Counted from the stretch's first letter, positions 39,262 to 53,893 are shown. The stretch is DNA of 64,000 nt from Octopus vulgaris (GCA_951406725.2 OX597826.1:30690001-30754000); one strand, 5' to 3'. Translations and numbers: made by a program. Notes: a model not told the origin generated them from the letters alone.

Positions 39262-40237
39262 CACTGCCTCAGAGAATTCTGTCTAACCCATGAGACGGCG
39301 AGCTGGCAGAATTGTTAGCCTGCCAGGCAAAATGCTTAGTGGTATTTCGTCTGTATTTCGTTCTGAATTCAAATTCCGTGGAGGTCGACTTTGCCTTTCA
39401 TCCTTTCGGGGTCGATAAATCAAGTACCAGTTACGCACTGGGGTCGATATAATCGACTTAATCCATTTGTCCTCTCTGTGTTTAGCCCCTTGTGGGTAGT
39501 AAAGAAATAGATATTTCGTCTGTCTTTACGTTCTGAGTTCAAATTCCGCCAAGGTCAACTTTGCATTTCATCCTTTTGGGGTCGATAAATTAAGTACCAG
39601 TGGCATACTGGTCTCAATCTAATTGACTGGCTCTTCCTCCCCCAAAATTTTGGGCCTTGTGCCTAAAGTAGAAAAGATTGTCTAACCCATGCAAATATAG
39701 AAAAGTGAGCAGGAGTAGCTGTGTGGTAAGAAGTTTGCTTCCCAACCCCATGGTTCTGGGTTCAGTCCCACTACCTGACCTCACGCCAACCAAAGCCTTC
39801 AGAATGGATTTGTTAGAAAGAAGCCCATTGTGTGTGAGTGAGTATGTTTGTCCTCCACCACCACTTCACAACAGGTGTTGGTGTATTTACATCCCTGTGA
39901 CAGAGGTTTGACAAACAGGCAGATAGAATAAGTACCGTCTTTAAAAAAAAAAAGAAGTACTGAGGTTGACTCATTAAACTAAAATTCTTTAAAACAATGC
40001 TCCAGCATGGCCATAGTCTAATGACTGAAACAAGTAAAAGATAAAGATTAAAACTATGCTGCTGCTAGTGATGATGATGATGATGATGATGATAATGAAA
40101 ATGATGGTGATGATGATAATGAGGATGATGATGATAATGAGGATGACGATGATAATGAGGATGATGATGATAATGAGGAGGAGGAGGAGGAGCGGATGAT
40201 GATGATGATGACAATTATATCTTTTATCCCATGTATA

Positions 40238-41107
40238 CAGGGTGCGATGGGTAAATCATTGCCACTTTATATTTTGTATTTTGTGCATGCGCATTGCTTG
40301 TTTTTGATTTTGTTGACTACACAGCATAGTAGGGTCAGTTGGGCACCATCTGAGGGAAAAGCAGCACCATGATACAATTCACTCTGCCATTTGGAAATGA
40401 CATGCTGTACTGTTTGGCATTTGCACCAGAAGCTCCAATACAAATGGTTCAGAGTGTTTGGGTGTCAAGCTGAGGACATGTACTGAGAGTGATAAAAATC
40501 AAACAACCATTTGACATCTTGGTGTTTGGAGCGATCACTAGTGATGGTGATGTTATGCCTCCATTCATCTTCCCACACAGCCTCAGATTCAACATAGAAG
40601 CCTACATCAAGTGCCTGGAGCGGGTAGTGCTGCCCTGGGTCAAGAGGGTGACTGCTGGAGGTCCCTGTCTGGCAATAGGACTCTGCACCATGCTACAAGC
40701 AGGAGAATCCAGTCATGGCTGTCAGACAATTTCTGCAACCACATCACCCCTAACATCTGACTTCCTAACTCCCCAGATTGCAACCCCCTTGATAATAATC
40801 AAGGGGGTTGCAATGTGTGGGGTGCAGTTGAGTGAGAGACCAACAAAACTCCTTGTAACACCAAAGATGAACTGAAGACAAGGATTATGGCAGCATTCAC
40901 AAACTTAAACTCCAGAAGAGTTGCAGGAGATTCAAAAGTCATCTGGAGGCCGTGGTTGAAGCCAATGGCGATTTTATTGAATAAATTTACTCTTTAGTAT
41001 TTCAAGATATTTTTATGTAATTTTGGTAAATATATCTGTTAAAATGAGATGTCAGTGTTATTTTCATTTTTGTGTAATTTAGACGACAGTTTATTCACTG
41101 CACCCTG
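40238..41107 (+). mobile_element. Internally deleted Tc1/mariner-superfamily transposon
   Basis: TA-CAGGGTGC...GCACCCTG-TA termini and transposase remnants (VFGAITSDGDVMPPFIFP; PNSPDCNPLD). Confidence 0.85.
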
Positions 41108-41985
41108 TACATATATTGATTTCAAATTCTGACACAAGAACCATCAATTTGTGTTCAACTGGTACTTGATTTATCAATCCCAAAAGGATGAAAGGCAAAG
41201 TCAACCTCGACAGCATTTGAACTCAGAACGTAAGAGTTGGAAGAAATGACGCTAAGCATTTATATACATTTACATATATTGCAAAGTGATATATATAACT
41301 TGGAATCATCTTTTAGTAGAGTGCACATCAAGACATGTTACAGAACTACTTTCATCCATTTAGAGAATGCTTAATATTCGAAAATAGACCATTTATTCCC
41401 ATCAAGAATTCACTACCTGTCAATACCATATCTACAAGTTCAATAGTTGAGATGTACAGTAATGCTATTGGTCATATTTGTGTGTGTGTGTGTGCACGTG
41501 CGTACATGCGTACATGTGTGTGCATGTATGTGTCTATGTGTGCATGTGAAAGAAACAAGAAAAAAGCTTTGGTTTTTCTCTCTTTTTTTCTGAATCTTTT
41601 TTCTTTATTTTTCTCTTTATCTCTTTAATATATTCTCGTTCTATGCCAGCTGTAGTTTCTGATCAAATGCAAACCATTAATATTATGGTTTTAAATCAAA
41701 ACTAATTCTGGCAGAAATATCTAAGCATGATTACATACACACATGAAATGGATTACACCAGATTCTGTATGATAACAACGTTGTTGTTGTTGTTTAACCC
41801 CAGGTCGGATCAGTGTATCACTATAGACATTCAAGCCATGATCAGTTCATTTTTATTAAATATTTTGTCGTTGTTTTCCATCCACAAACACAGAGTGGTT
41901 CAGGGGTGTGTACCTTCTGCAATAGCCTGGGGCTGACTAAAGTGTTGTGAATGGATTTGGTAGACAGAAACTGAAAGAAACCTGT

Positions 41986-42126
41986 CAGATGGATGGACGG
42001 ACAGACAGACAGACGGATGGATGGATGGATAAATGGATGGATGGACGGACGGACGGACGGATGGATTAAAATAGATGAATGAATGGATAGACAGACAAAT
42101 AGATGAATAGATAGATTGATAGATAG

Positions 42127-42171
<45 letters not shown>

Positions 42172-42200
42172 TAGATAGATAGACAAGTAGATAGATAGAC

Positions 42201-42231
<31 letters not shown>

Positions 42232-42307
42232 GACAGGTAGATAGATAGATAGAAGATAAAGAGAGAGAGAGAGAGAGGTAGATAAATAGATGGATAGATA
42301 GACAAGT

Positions 42308-42349
<42 letters not shown>

Positions 42350-42525
42350 GGTGAGATAGACAGGTGGATGGATGGACAGATAGAGAGAGAGAGAGACAGG
42401 TAGATAGATACACGGATGAATGTATGTATGCATGGATGGATGGATGGATAAATAAATATAGTTAACTGGATAGATGGATGAGTAACTGGAGGGATAGACA
42501 GATGGATGGATGGCTGAATGGATAA
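41986..42525. repeat. Compound (GGAT)n/(GATA)n/(GA)n satellite
   Basis: Directly visible. Confidence 0.95.
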
Positions 42526-43909
42526 AAGTTTGTGTGTGTGTTTGTTTTGATATGTAAAAATAGTAAAACAAGCATCACCACCATCACCATCATCATCATC
42601 ATCACAGAAGTGGTATCATTCGTCTTTAATCTGTGTAAGAAATTTTTACCTTAACCAGAAACAGGTGATAGTTGGTCAAAGGAAGGGCATCAAGCCATAG
42701 GAAACCTGCCTCGACAGATTCTAACTGACCCATGCAAGCATGGAAGAGTGGACATTAAGATGACAATGATGATGATGAGGAGGAGGAGGAGGATGCTGAG
42801 GAGGATGCTGAGGAGGATGCTGAGGATGATGAAACAGCATTGAGGTGGACATTATCCAATAAGTCTTCCTTTTTACTAAGGCGTAGAGTGTGGTCTGAAG
42901 GAGATTAGAAGGCAATTTGAAGGAGATTTATTTTATATTTGAGAGGATTACTAAAGTTCATTGATTAGTTATCATTAGCCACATTCATGCAACATCTTGA
43001 AGAAGTGAATCAATTCTAGCAATGCCACCCCACCCCCACCCCAATGCAGCGTAATGAGCTTTGCAAATGAACCCTGAATTAGAGTCAACATGACACAGTA
43101 TGTGACAAGGTTAGATCTTTGAATTACAGGCACAACGCAGCTGATAGGCTTCCGTACAGTTTCCAGCAATGTAATTCCACTGACAAGGCTTGGGTTGAGC
43201 TGAGGCTATGGTAAAAGACACTTGCTCCAGGTGCCATTCAGTGAGATTGAACAGGGGACTTGTTATTCAAAAGCAAATTTCTGAGCCATTTGTTGTATCT
43301 ACAGTAATTTACTTGATTCAGCCAACGAAGGAACAACTCAAGCTAAGAAGGAAGCTTCTACATGGTCAGTCAACAGCTAAATCATCCTCAAATCGTCCCA
43401 AAAAGGGTCTCTTGAGAAATGTAATTTTAGAGACATGCAGGCAGTGCTCAAGCACGGCCGCAGTCAAATGACTGAAACAAATAAAAGAATATTGAAATAA
43501 AAGAAATAAAATGGGATGGTCACAGTTGGAACACATTTGATCATAATTCCGCTGGATCAAATCTGACCTGAGGATTAAACAACAACAATAAAAGAGCCCC
43601 TACATGATCATTTGACCAACTAAAAATAGCAGCCAAATCACCCTCAAACTTAAAAAAAAACCCTTCTTTCTAATGAGATTTCACTAGTGAATCTACAGTA
43701 GTGGAACCAGCTTGATTCACCTTTGGTAAATACTAACACATGAACAGTTTCACATCAATTAGCCAGAAGATGTAGCAGGAAAAACACATTTTCAAGGTAC
43801 CACACAGTCAAATTGAACCTGCAACCTAGTGATTGTCAAATGAATTTCTACACTTCACAGCTATATTTAACCAATAACTTATGTCTTTAAAAGTGAAAGC
43901 CATATTTAC

Positions 43910-44041
43910 CTTAGAAGCTTTAAGTGATCTCTTGTGCGGTTTTTCAGTTGAGCTTTTGGCAGTCTTGGAACTGGTTGTCTCTTGTTTTACATCAATTGCC
44001 AAGCTGGGTACTATCTGTTTTTGATTCTGTTCATGAAGTCG
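43910..44041 (-). CDS. CCDC138: CCDC138-like coding exon 7: RLHEQNQKQ...KRSLKASK
   Basis: ttttag / gtaaat boundaries, 132 nt, phase 0-0, open frame. Confidence 0.82.
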
Positions 44042-44142
44042 CTAAAACCATACAGACAGATATATATAGATATATAATTACCTAAGAAACCAGATGTCAG
44101 AGAAAATATTCACTCACATACTTGTCGACAGAGTGAGTACAC

Positions 44143-44487
44143 TAATCAAGGTATACAGTATTATAGATCCGTTTCAGCCGATCTTACCAATTGATTTCAC
44201 AAAGGGCATTACATAACCAGATATCAGGTAACAGCACAGTTAAGGGTTCACCTCCCATAACTTCATTCCGTCTATTATTTTCACAGCACCCATAAAATGG
44301 ATATAACATTTTTCACCTCAAATAACAGAGAGCAGTTGCCAGATTTTTCCATACCTGCCAGCTCTGAAGAGCACATGGTGTTACTTAACCATGCATTTAA
44401 CTAATATCTGATTATCTAACAGCCAGTGTGAAACCAAATGGCGTGATTGGCTGAAATGGCTATAAAATGCAGTATACTTTGATTAAT
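44143..44487. mobile_element. MITE-like element with long degenerate terminal inverted repeats
   Basis: taatcaaggtatacagtattatag..ccgtttcagccgatc pairs with gattggctgaaatggctataaaatgcagtatactttgatta. Confidence 0.65.
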
Positions 44488-46094
44488 ATATATATATATA
44501 TATATATATATAGAAAATCATAGTGTTATATGCGGCTAAATTCTGTTTTTAAATGACCTGCTTCAAGAATTGGTTTCGGTATGATGTGTTTATTTATTTT
44601 AGTAGTTTTGACTTTAAGAGTCCCTCCTAGCGTGAGGCATTTATGTGTAATAGTGCCCTCTATATAACACATATATATATATATATGACATGCATACAGA
44701 TATAAACAACCCATATTTAATAATAGCCAATACAAAAGTAAATTGGCTGATTTCTCCAGCCACACTTTACATCATATAGCAAGAAAGGGAAAGAGAGTAA
44801 AAGAGAAAGAGAGAGAGAGAATTAGCCTAAGAGGTGCAGCATGAGCGCATATACTAGGCTTGATGACATGCACTGAGTAAAGGAATGTTACACTCACACA
44901 CAATGAGTGAGAAAGAATCACAGTGAGAGAAGAGGAAAAAGAGGAGGAATAACAACAGAGCAGTTATGGTGGGGGGGTGTATCAAATTTTGCAGAGACAT
45001 GTTTCAACGAAGTAGATTGCAATTTTAAAATATAACGATGTATATTCATTGCAAATAGACAAATGAGAAATTTGTTTTATTTGAATTCGTTTTGAGGTAA
45101 TAAATATTTTGCTTTTTGGAAATTAGAATTCATTTTACTGTTTCATATAAACAAGAAGAAATTTGAGAAAAGTTAAGCTATAATTATTGTATGTTTACCA
45201 TATTTCCTAATATTACCCATAATTGCAAAAGTATTCTTCCAAAGCTACTCATTATATGACAGGTAACACACATACATACACACACACACACATGCACACA
45301 CAGATATATATATTGCCGTGGCACTCTGTTGGTTATGACGACGAGGGTTCCATTTGATCCAATCAACGGAACAGTCTGCTTGTGAAATTAATGTGCAAGT
45401 GGCTGAGAACTCCACAGACAAGTGTACCCTTAATGTAGTTCTTGGAGAGATTCGGTGTGACACAGAGTGTGTCAAGGCTGGCCCTTCGAAATACAGGTAC
45501 AGCAGAAACAGGAAGAAAGAATGAGAGAAAATTGTGGTGAAAGAGTACAGCAGGGTTTACAACCCCATCCCCTGCCAGAGCCTCATGGAGCTTTAGATGT
45601 TTTCGGCCAATAAACACTCTCAACGTCCAGTCTGGGTATCAAAACCGTGATCCTATGACCACAAGTCCGCTACCCTAACCAATGGGCATTTGCACCTCCA
45701 CATACACCTACACACACATATATCATCATCATCATTAAACATCTGTTTTCCATGCTAGCAGGGGTTGGACTGTTTGGCTTGGCTTCTATGGCTGAATGAC
45801 CTTCCTAATGCCAACCTCTTTACAGAAAGTACTTCGTGTTTATAATGTGACAGTGGCACAGGTGCTTTTTTTTTTAATGGCACCAGCACTAACAAGGTCA
45901 CTGAATAACTTACAAGTCAAAACCCCTTTCAGCTTAGAGGGGAGCATTAACCAAGGTGGTTTTACCCACTCAGCTGGGAAAATGCACACATATACACAAA
46001 CACATACATATTTATATAATTAGTGTTTGTCACCACTTAAATATGGCTGTTCCATAGGAACCTACATTACTGCCGTTTTAACCCCAGAAGGACA

Positions 46095-46326
46095 CCTCCT
46101 CCAGCTGGTTGTTCAATGCACACTGCACTTGATATATATTGCAAGCTAGGGGCAAACCCCTACCATCTTCTAGCAATGACAGTAAGACCACCAGACCGTC
46201 CAGTTTTGAGGATGAAATTGGACAGTCTGGTGATCCTGTTGTCATCACCAGAAGATGATAGGGGGTTGCTCCTCTGCTTGCAATATGTGTCAGGTGCAGA
46301 CTGCAATGAATAACAAGCTGGAGGAG
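46095..46326. repeat. Fold-back palindrome with ~110-bp imperfect arms
   Basis: ctcctccagc...accagaccgtccagttt pairs with aaattggacagtctggt...gctggaggag. Confidence 0.8.
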
Positions 46327-46499
46327 GCAATCCCCCTGAGGTTGAAAATGGTAGTAATTTTGGTTCATATGGAACAGCCCTGTTGAAGTGGCAACAGACA
46401 TTTTTCTCAGAATAGTCTCCACTTTCATCTCTTATAGAGATTTTCTAACTACACACACACACACCCCATATCATCATCATCCTGTTTTAAATCCGGATT

Positions 46500-46905
46500 T
46501 TGTCCCCATTAACAGGAGTGGCTGGACCTACCTCAATGCCATACCAACCACCCTCAAACCATCTCGCCCAGTTTTGGACGTCCTCCTTTTTCAAACAAAC
46601 CCTCCCAATCTCCTCCTCCCCCTGTCCCCTCCACCTTTTCCTCGGTCTACCTCGCTTTCACGCTCCATTTATCTCAAATGCAATCACCCTCCACAGAACA
46701 TGCTCTTCATCCCTCCTCAACACATGCCCATACCACCACACTCCATTTGCCCTTGCCAGCCATTCCACTGATTCCTCAAACCCCAGCATCCCCATCAAGT
46801 CCTCAGTCCTCCTCTTATCAAACAGATTCACACCACACATTTCTCTCGCCATTGCTCTCTCAGTCCTTCTCAAAATTACCGTTTCTCTCTCCTTCAGACA
46901 CCATG
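46500..46905 (-). mobile_element. RTE-clade LINE fragment
   Basis: ILRRTERAMAREMCGV...VWWYGHVLRRDEEHVL. Confidence 0.7.
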
Positions 46906-46950
46906 TGTATACACACACAAGCACACACACAAACACAAGAAATCTTTTAC

Positions 46951-47028
46951 CTGCAAATTTGTTAACCTGGCCTGTAAACTGTTGATTTGTTTATCACATT
47001 TGGTCCGTTCATTGGTTAAACTTTCTAC
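46951..47028 (-). CDS. CCDC138: CCDC138-like coding exon 6: VESLTNERTKCDKQINSLQARLTNLQ
   Basis: tcatag / gtaaaa boundaries, 78 nt. Matches CCDC138 QARLDNLQ. Confidence 0.9.
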
Positions 47029-47498
47029 CTATGAAAAAAAAACAATTCAGAACAATAGAATCAAAATGTTAATCAATGATGCTTTCATCTCTCATCACCT
47101 GGCATAAATCCACCTCCCTCAGTACTATACTCCAATTCACTTAAAGGGTTGTTCTGTTGAGTTACTTGGCAAACTCATTAGTGCTGGTGCTACATAGAAG
47201 GCAGCCCATAAAGGCATCCAGACAATTGGAGCTTGGTGCAGTCCTCTAACACATTGAATCCTGTCCTATTGTCCAACCCATTCCAGCATAGAAAACAGAC
47301 AAAGAATGATTAATCATTATCATCATCATTGTTAGTATTCTCAACATCATTTTTGGCCTGTTTTTTCTATGCTGGCATGGGTTGGACAAGACTTATTGAA
47401 GCAGTGTTCTATAGCTGGATGCCCTTCCACTCACCAGCCCATTTTTATCAAGTAAATAAAAAAAAGAACATATATATATATATATATGATGAGCTTCT

Positions 47499-48416
47499 TT
47501 CAGTTTCTGTCTACAAAATCCATTTACAAGGCTTTGATCGTCCAGAGGCCGAAGACACTTGCCTAAGGTGCCATGCAGTGGACTGAATCTGGAACCATGG
47601 TGTTAGGAAACAAACTTCTTCCCACACAGCCAAGCTTGTGCATTATTCTTATTTTAAAATCTCTGAAAATATCTGTTGAGATTAAAATCTGAATCAAACA
47701 TTGCCTGATCAGTGTGCAGAGACATAACTAAGGATGGGACAAGGTTCAATATATTTTCATATGATGAAATCCCACCCTTATTAGTAATTTCCATAAAAAT
47801 TTAACATTGGGATCACTAATCCATGTAAATATCTAAAAAACAAAAAAAACAGCACATTCTGAATGGCAATTAGATCACCTTTTGTGTCTGCTTTCCATGC
47901 TAAGATGGGTTGGATGGTTTGACTAAAACTGGTAAGCCGAGAAGCTGCAACAGGTTCAGTTTCTGTCTACAAAATCCATTTACAAGGCTTTAGTCGTCCA
48001 GAGGCCGAAGACACTTGCCCAAGGTGCCATGCAGTGGACTGAATCTGGAACCATGGTGTTAGGAAACAAACTTCTTCCCACACAGCCAAGCTTGTGCATT
48101 ATTCTTATTTTAAAATCTCTGAAAATATCTGTTGAGATTAAAATCTGAATCAAACATTGCCTGATCAGTGTGCAGAGACATAACTAAGGATGGGACAAGG
48201 TTCAATATATTTTCATATGATGAAATCCCACCCTTATTAGTAATTTCCATAAAAATTTAACATTGGGATCACTAATCCATGTAAATATCTAAAAAAAACA
48301 AAAAAAACAGCACATTCTGAATGGCAATTAGATCACCTTTTGTGTCTGCTTTCCATGCTAAGATGGGTTGGATGGTTTGACTAAAACTGGTAAGCCGAGA
48401 AGCTGCAACAGGTTCC
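47499..48416. repeat. Near-perfect tandem duplication of ~456 bp
   Basis: cagtttctgtctacaaaatcc... starts at 47501 and again at 47957. Both copies run to ...gctgcaacaggttc. Confidence 0.92.
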
Positions 48417-48793
48417 AATCTAATTTGGCAGAGTTTTCTACAGCAGGACACCCTTTCTAATGCCAACCACTCCAAGTGTGTAGTGGGTGCTATTGACATC
48501 ACACAGGCATCGGCCATGACTACGACCTTACTAAATAGGAATGATAAATCACTGTTAAATTAGGTTGTGAGTCATTAAAATAATCTTATGCTTTTTTTAC
48601 CCCCTGTTTTTGTTAAACATGAAAAGATGGGGTTTCAGAAATACCATTCTGTGAAAGGGGGTGCTAAGAATTACTGCTCAAGATTAATTTATTTTAATAA
48701 AGTAAAAGTTTCAAGCCAGAAATTCTAAATAAATAGGAGACTGTGCAACTATCCATTCCTTTGCCGCCACCCCCACTCTCCCTAATTACTTAC

Positions 48794-48913
48794 CTCACTT
48801 CTCAGCACTTCATTAGCAGACTTTAGGGTCTCAAAATTCTCACGAAGACGTTTGTTTTCTTTGATTTTCTCTTTAAGATGGATCAGAGATTTCTCAAGTT
48901 CTTGCTTGAAACT
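48794..48913 (-). CDS. CCDC138: CCDC138-like coding exon 5: SFKQELEKSLIHLKEKIKENKRLRENFETLKSANEVLRSE
   Basis: ctgtag / gtaagt boundaries, 120 nt. Matches the CCDC138 coiled coil LKEKNKETKRLRSSFDALK..N..L. Confidence 0.92.
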
Positions 48914-48930
48914 CTACAGACCAAAGAAAT

Positions 48931-48977
<47 letters not shown>

Positions 48978-49339
48978 TAATAATAATGATAATAATAATA
49001 ATGATGGGTGCTAAGAATTACTGCTCAAGGTTAAACTATTTTAATGAAGAAAAGGTTTGAAGCCAGAAATTCTAAATAAATAGGAGACTGTGAAACTATC
49101 CATTCCCTTGACATGAACAATGAAGAGAGTAGACATGATACCAATAGTAATTGGCACACTTGGAAGAATCAGCACTCAACTACCAACATGGCTGAAAAAG
49201 ATTGGTGCAAGTGTGAAGATAGAACATCTACAAATTGCTTGGAACTGCAAGAATTCTTCACAGGGTTCTTGAAGCATGACCAGTTAACAAGTGTTACCTT
49301 AGCCTGCGATATAAGCTGTGAGTTTTCATATAATAGCAA

Positions 49340-49370
<31 letters not shown>

Positions 49371-49971
49371 AAAAATAATAAGGACAGTTAAGAGGCACGA
49401 GGAAAGTAATGATGATACTGGTGATAATTGGAGCATTAGAAACAGTTTCCAAAGGCTTTGAAAAACATATTAAGAACATTGGAGCTGTTGTCAGGCTTCA
49501 GGTGATCCAGAAGATAGCATTGTTGGGTACAGCTCACATTCTAAGGAGAGCATTGTCTCTTTGAGTCAGAGGAGAAGGAACTACACGAAACTTTTGGTGA
49601 CTTGTTATTGCCTGCTTTCAAGTAAAGAATAACCAGTAATTAAGAACTATCTGAGAGTCTTTCATAATAATAATAATAAGAGCACTCAGAAAGTGAAAGC
49701 CTCCACCAAGGCAACACCAACGTCCTCTCAACAATTGGCCAGAAAGGATTTTTAAAATGAGAGTATCTGAAATAAACTTGACTGCTCTCACAAACGAGAG
49801 TACTGAAAGTGAACCTGACCACTCTCAAAAATTAAGTAAAAATACAGGGAAAATAATCCAGAATCCTTGTCCGGTACTGGATCGATCCCAAAATCTAATC
49901 AGTTCGTGCCAGTTATGTGGCCAAACATCCCTGAAAGTTTTATCCAAATCCATCCAGTGGTTCTTAAGATA

Positions 49972-50112
49972 TTAGGTTGTCCCAAAAGTTCGTAAACACT
50001 TGCGAAAATTGAATTTTTACTCGCCAAGTACTAACAAAAACAACAAAAATTATTCCTCAAAATAAAGACCATTATTTTCCAAGACTTTCTACGAACTTTT
50101 GGGACAACCTTA
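49972..50112. mobile_element. Mariner-derived MITE nested in another repeat
   Basis: TIRs aggttgtcccaaaagttcgta / tacgaacttttgggacaacct in a TA context. The host repeat (~49676-50190) has an uninterrupted paralogue at ~6536-6890. Confidence 0.8.
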
Positions 50113-52567
50113 TATCATGTCCACAGACAAACGAACAAACAAACACAACTGAAAACAATACTTCTGCTTTTGCTAAGGCGGAGGTAATAATAATCCTTTC
50201 TATTATAGGCATAAGTCAACCTCAGCAGAATTAGAACTTGTTGCTAAGCATTTTGCCTATTGTGCTAACGATTCCGCCAGCTTGCTACCTTCCTTTACTC
50301 AAACATATCGCAATACAATACAGCATTAATGAAAGATTCAAAGACCTAGCTGAAGAAAGATGGCAAAGTAAACCCTGGAATGGTTGACAATAATTGACAA
50401 AGACTTCACAGAACTGAGATAAATGGAAAAGGGAACCAAAAATAGTTTATTCATGTGGAGATGGAAGACTTTATAATTCAGCTGACACAAAACCAGAACT
50501 TACAGGAAACTCTTACCCAAATATAATCTACAGAATGAGACACGGTAAATGTAGATTATTATAGAGAAGACCAGGAAACAGCTGAATGCCATTATTTCAG
50601 ACTGTCCAGTTTTGATCAAGGGAAGATATGCACAAAGCTAATACCAATTATGTATTTATCTTCTCGAGGTATTATGCAAAACACAAGCAAATCAATACAG
50701 ACTACAATTGATAGAAAGCCCCCCTCCCTTCGAAAAACTGTTACTGGAAACAACCAAGTGTGTGTGAAACGATAAGAAAAATCAAAGCGTATTTCTTAGA
50801 AATTGTTATTGTTATTATAAACCAACAGATGTTAGGGAAAAGAATATTGTTTTATTGATAAATCTGTTCCTTCTGAGTAGAACTTCATTACTCTGAAGAA
50901 TATTGTGAAAAAAAAACAAAAAAAAAAACATGAACGCAGAGAGATAAAAGAATACATTGAATGGATGGGGGGAATGATGAATGGAAAAGTTGTTTGCTTT
51001 ATAATTAAAGGAGTTGTTCAACAGGTCTATAATCAAAGACATTCTTGGCACGACCACCCTGCCTTCTTGTATATCGATCCTGACATTTTCCAGTGTATCC
51101 TTTGTTTTAACACCAATAGGTTGTGAGCTGAGAAATATTTCACTGTTGTTTCTAGCAGCTCAATTGACTGCGTAAAGGTCTCTATACCAGCTGGTCATAA
51201 TTTTTGTTCTTTTATTCTTCTTTCAGCCATTGGACTCTGCCAATGCTGGAGCACCATTTCGGAGGATTTATTTGATCAAATTTAGCACATTTTGCCTAAA
51301 TGCTAAGTTATGGGGGACATAAACAAACACAAACACACACACACACATACACATACATATGACAGGTTTTCTTTGAGGAGGGGAGGAGGAAAGGCATCCT
51401 CAGTGCTTCTGAAACTAATGAAGAGGAAGATTAGGCCCAGCTAAAGGCACTGAAGGGGCCAGGCAACAGATTAAGTCTACCACCCAACTAGGCAGCCATA
51501 GGATTTGAACTCAAAGCATCTGCAACCAGAACAAATAGCACAAGATGTCTTATACAATACTCAAACAGCCCCACTGATCCCTCAGTCTTCAAAGTAGGGA
51601 CTTCTTATGTTGTCAGTCCCAAAAGATTGAAAGGTAAAGTTTGACTATAAATTAACCAAGCCCAGGCATGGCTGAGTGGTTGAGAAACTTGCCTCCCAAC
51701 CATGTGGTTTCAGGTTCAATCCAACAGTGCAGCATTTTAGATAAGTGTCTTTTATTATTACTCCAGGTCTTAAGGGTGGCAAGCTAGCAGAACCATTACC
51801 ATGCCAGGTGAAATGCTTAACGGTATTTCGTCTGTCGATACATTCTGAGTTCAGATTCCGCCGAGGTCAACTTTGCCTTTCATCCTTTCGGGGTCAATAA
51901 ATGAAGTACTAGTTGCATACTGGGGTCGATCTAATCAACTGGCCCCCTCCCCAAAAAAATTTCAGGCCTTGTGCCTAGAGTAGAAAAGAATTGTTAGCAT
52001 GCCAGGTGAAACGCTTAGCAGTATTTCACCTGTTGCTACGTTCTGAGTTCAAATTCTGCTGAGGTCGATTTTGCCTTTCATTTTTTCAGGGTCAATAAAA
52101 TAAGTACCAGTTATGCACTGAAGTCGATGTAATCAACTGGCCCTCTCCCCCCAAATTTCAGGCCTTGTGCCTATAGAAGAAAGGATTATTACTTCAGGTC
52201 TAGGGGTGGTGAGCTGGCAGAGTCATTAGTATGCAGGGAAAAATGCTTAGCAGCATCTCATCCATCTTTACATCCTGAGTTCAAAGTCCGTCAAGGTTGA
52301 CATTATCTTTCATCCTTCGGGGAGCGGGGCATGAAATAAATACCAGTTGAACACTGGGTTTGATATAATCAACTCGTCTCCTCCTCCTCAAAAATTGCTG
52401 CCCTTGCGGCAAAATTTAAAATCATTATTACTTCGAGTCAAACAAGGTCTTGTAAGAGTACAGCACTGAAAGAAACCTATTGTGTGTGTGGGGGGGGGGT
52501 ATGTGTGGGGGGGGTGTGTGTGGGGGGGGGTGTGTGTGGGGGGGGGGGTGTGTGTGTGTGGGGGGGG

Positions 52568-52622
<55 letters not shown>

Positions 52623-53893
52623 ATATACATAAGTATGCGTATGTTTATGTGTCCCCTTGTCTTGGCACTATATGATGGCTGTAAATGAGCATCATTGTCG
52701 TATAAGTAGTGTTGTTTATTTCCAGTCTTCTACGAAAAATATGGTTGGTTATGGAGAAGAATTACTTTACTTGGACATAGGTGAGGGTTGGTGACAGGAA
52801 GGGTATCTGGCCGTAGAAAATCGACCTCAACAAATTTCGTCTGACACATGCAAGCATGGCAGCCACCACAAAGTACAGTCCTTGTTGTGGTATGGTCGCC
52901 TGTGTGCCTCAATAATCCTAAGAGCCCTGCCAAAAGAGTGCAAGCCTCTTGTAGAGCCTCTCATATTGGACAGTAGAAAGGATAGGGACCAGACTGATAG
53001 GGATCACCTCTTCACAGTAGTAACAAGAAAACTGCAGCAAAGCCAGGTCAGATGTGGCATGCAGGCCATCATACAACTTGTTTGACATTCTTCTCTTCTG
53101 TTTTATGAATCCAGTGTGCATATCTGCATTCATCATCATCATCATTTAACATCCACTTTCCATGCTGGCATGGGTTGGACGATTTGAGTGAGGACTGGTG
53201 AGCCAGAAGGCTGCACCAGGCTCCAATCTGATCTGGCAAGGTTTCTACAGCTGGATGCCCTTCCTAATGCCAACCACTCTGATGTAGTGGGTGCTTTTTA
53301 CTTGCCACCGGCACAGGAGCCAGTAAGGGGACACCGGCATTGTATGCATTGTGTGTTCACACTTCTCTTCCTGATTCCTACTCAAAACTGTTCACAGATG
53401 ACAATCATCTCATGACCTTGTGATCATGAGGAGTGCTTCATGCTCCAATGAGTGTGAAAAATGAGTTTGTGTATGACCAGCATCCCTACTCAGAAAAAAA
53501 AACGCAAGGTTACAGAAGCATTGACAACAATTCAAAACCAACAACATATGTGAAAGAGGAAGACTTTCCTTCAGGGAAATACATAATGCAGTACAAAAAA
53601 AAAACAAAAAGGATACTGGGGAAAAATTGGAAAAGGCAGGGATCGAACTGGAGGGAAGCTGAGAAGAGAGCCTAGAATTGAGGGCAATGGAGAAAAGTCA
53701 TCAATGGTCTATATTCCATGGGGTATGATGGGGTTATGTGAATAGCATGCAAGCATAGAAAAGTAGATGATGATGATGATGATGATATATGGACCTCAAC
53801 ATATGACTGCTATTTACATTAATGAGTTGAAGCAACCAACTGCAACATGATTTATTTTGGTCGGATTTGGACATTCTGAAGACTCCTCTGCAT

